A stretch of 63,542 nucleotides of DNA, filler included, from Pseudobdellovibrionaceae bacterium (lineage in GTDB: Bacteria; Bdellovibrionota; Bdellovibrionia; Bdellovibrionales; UBA1609), in NCBI GenBank assembly GCA_030591685.1. It is 9 parts of 9 records of this genome, joined end to end, with 100 filler letters (N's around TTAATTAATTAA, not from the genome) between each part and the next. Parts side by side here need not be neighbours in the genome. Positions count along the whole stretch, not along the records: positions 62,034 to 63,542 come from JAUVAX010000098.1; 8 more parts are not named here. The stretch is one strand, 5' to 3'. The notes under the pieces were generated by a model. It did no database searches. It saw only the letters and a list, made by a program, of their open reading frames with translations, and had not been told where the DNA came from. Shown piece by piece: positions 62,034-63,542 of this stretch (position 1 is its first letter; each line of letters begins with the position of its first letter). A program made the position numbers and the translations under genes.

Positions 62034-62303
62034 GAATCTGATTTAAAATTAAAAATCCCAATTAATAAACGAGTTCCTTTGGGTAGCGATCCTGTGCCCT
62101 TTTTGGGCTATGTGTTGGATAATCAGGGCTACAGGGTGTTAACACGAAATCAGAGAAGATATAAAAAGAAGGTAAAAAGGCTAACGCATAAAAAAATAAG
62201 AGCTAGTTATTTAGCCCAAGTGAAAACCTCTTTTGAGGCTTGGGGGAAATTGAATTTAGAAGAATTAAATAAAATCAAAAACAAGGTGGGGTTCCCAATA
62301 TAG
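62034..62303 (+). CDS. Reverse transcriptase C-terminus (DGR-type), 5'-truncated
   Basis: Open from contig edge: ESDLKLKIPINKRVPLGSDPVPFLGYVL...RVLTRNQRRYKKKVKRL...SFEAW (RT motif 6-7 FLGY plus basic thumb); directly followed by a TR. Confidence 0.8.
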   Translation, partial: ESDLKLKIPINKRVPLGSDPVPFLGYVLDNQGYRVLTRNQRRYKKKVKRLTHKKIRASYLAQVKTSFEAWGKLNLEELNKIKNKVGFPI

Positions 62304-62317
62304 TATAGAGGAGTTTT

Positions 62318-62445
62318 GGCTCCGCGGGCGGGGTTCTCCGTGGGGGGAACTGGAACAATGGAACGAATTCGGGCGTGTTCAACTCGAACTTGAACAATGC
62401 TCCATCGAACGCGAACACGAACATTGGCTTTCGCTGCGCGTTTGT
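62318..62445 (+). repeat. DGR template repeat (TR)
   Basis: Non-coding, GC-richer segment translating as GSAGGVLRGGNWNNGTNSGVFNSNLNNAPSNANTNIGFRCA; 11 AAC/AAT codons between RGG and GFRC; boundaries approximate. Confidence 0.88.
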
Positions 62446-62618
62446 CCTCGGCTTTGACAGACTTGGGGGTATTAAAGTGTGAGGGAAGTCGTAATTGCTT
62501 TTAAAAGCTTACGGCCACACTACAGAAGATGAGTCCTACGGACTGACTTTGCCCCAAGGCACTTCGGAGCCTTCACCTGGGCTAACCTGGGGGCATTTGC
62601 CCTTAAGGGGTCCGAATT

Positions 62619-62921
62619 TTAAGAAACTTTAAGCTTAGTATTTGGCTTTAATTTCTGTAAGTAGCTAATTAGTCGATCTGTAGAGAACTCATTAATACGA
62701 TGTCTTAGTATTTTGCTGACTTTGCCTTTATCTACTTCCATGATCTCACCCATTTGCTCGTGGGTAAGTTTATTTTTATATTTAAACTTTATAAACTTTT
62801 GGCAGATATCCCATCTAAATTGCTCTAGGGCAGTGGGGTTTTCAGGTAACATTAAGGTCCCTTGAGTTTTTTCAAGTTTTTTTAATACGGATTCAATTTC
62901 TTTTTTATTTGGAAAAGCCAT
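62619..62921 (-). CDS. XRE-family HTH protein (HigA-like antitoxin/regulator)
   Basis: LTHEQMGEIMEVDKGKVSKILR..INEFSTDRLISYL. Confidence 0.85.
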   Translation of the reverse strand: MAFPNKKEIESVLKKLEKTQGTLMLPENPTALEQFRWDICQKFIKFKYKNKLTHEQMGEIMEVDKGKVSKILRHRINEFSTDRLISYLQKLKPNTKLKVS

Positions 62922-62925
62922 TTTA

Positions 62926-63216
62926 TTACCTCCTGTAGGCGTTAATTACGCCAATATACATTTTATCTTTTTCTAAAACCCAAATTAGTTTATAAAACTT
63001 CCCTTGAAGCTCTAATTTATCAACCTCAAAGTAAGTATAGCCTCCTTTTATTATTTGAAAGTCAAAAACCTTGCCATCAAACTGCTTTACAAGCTCTAGG
63101 ATGATCTCGTCGGTTATTGTACTAGCATGTTTTTCCTCATAATGGGGGTCAATAATAACTTGGGAGATCTTAATCTCATTAACTACAATATTAACCATAT
63201 ACTCTCGACGACTCAT
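62926..63216 (-). CDS. Small hypothetical protein, candidate toxin upstream of XRE gene
   Basis: 96 aa, ends YKLIW..YIGVINAYRR; AGGAGG inside its 3' end serves the XRE gene. Confidence 0.65.
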   Translation of the reverse strand: MSRREYMVNIVVNEIKISQVIIDPHYEEKHASTITDEIILELVKQFDGKVFDFQIIKGGYTYFEVDKLELQGKFYKLIWVLEKDKMYIGVINAYRR

Positions 63217-63259
63217 CTTTTGCATCCTAACACGGGTTGCTAAATATAGCAACTTTTTC

Positions 63260-63511
63260 TCAGTCTAAGCCTCTAAACTCTATTTTTGAGGCTTTATTTA
63301 TAGTTTCAAAGCTTTTAGGGGTTAAATTTAACGTTTTAAGCCCTCCTTCTTTTAACTCAGTTAAGCGCGTACTTATGGTGTTGGGCTTTCTTTCAAAGTG
63401 ATTTGAAAGTCTTTTTACCGACCATTTTTCAATCCAACGTAAGTTTGCCAGCTCCATTAGGTTGATTTCAGGTTTTCTCCATTGTATAAAGTGTTCTTTA
63501 TGCACTACCAA
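63260..63511 (-). CDS. Small HTH-like hypothetical protein
   Basis: LRWIEKWSVKRLSNHFERKPNTISTRL helix-turn-helix pattern. Confidence 0.5.
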   Translation of the reverse strand: MVVHKEHFIQWRKPEINLMELANLRWIEKWSVKRLSNHFERKPNTISTRLTELKEGGLKTLNLTPKSFETINKASKIEFRGLD

Positions 63512-63542
63512 ATGTTCGGTTAGTGTAGGGTGGTGGCTACCA

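Noticed and set aside
62522..62550. Hammerhead-like GATGAGTCC-TAC-GGAC
   Set aside because: Lacks the CUGANGA and GAAA core (reads GAAGATGA and TGAC); treated as a simple hairpin
63515..63542. GGTGGCTACCA at the window end as a tRNA 3' end or att site
   Set aside because: No recognisable T-arm and the window ends here; insufficient evidence

Overview
The window is not one continuous locus. It is nine contigs (1-3009, 3110-5470, 5571-13001, 13102-22401, 22502-29861, 29962-50589, 50690-59892, 59993-61933, 62034-63542) joined by artificial 100-nt linkers (N44-TTAATTAATTAA-N44), so ORFs that cross a linker are artefacts. Core genes point to an AT-rich Bdellovibrionota-like genome or MAG (inference from gene content): glnA, rarA, pilQ, a full gspC-N type II secretion cluster followed by ssb, hbd-crt-icmF, PIN-PhoH, PilZ, CheY and an S8 protease. 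The strongest signal, invisible in the ORF track, is a diversity-generating retroelement on the last contig: the C-terminus of a reverse transcriptase followed directly by an AAC/AAT-rich template repeat (RGGNWNN...NIGFRCA, CLec/FGE type) and a structured spacer. Its target gene is not in the window. Other highlights: (i) an integron cassette array with two attC sites, a HEPN-motif gene and an inverted VapC; (ii) a RAYT/IS200-type HUH transposase flanked by short REP-like palindromes; (iii) ~205-bp internally deleted mini-elements and other REP-like inverted repeats that bracket single accessory genes next to a degenerate tmRNA 3' end; (iv) a wHTH + nucleotidyltransferase pair with a palindromic operator; (v) two disrupted genes (a 7-bp duplication in a histidine kinase and an in-frame TGA in a Ser/Thr dehydratase); (vi) a GcvH paralogue lacking the lipoyl-lysine.
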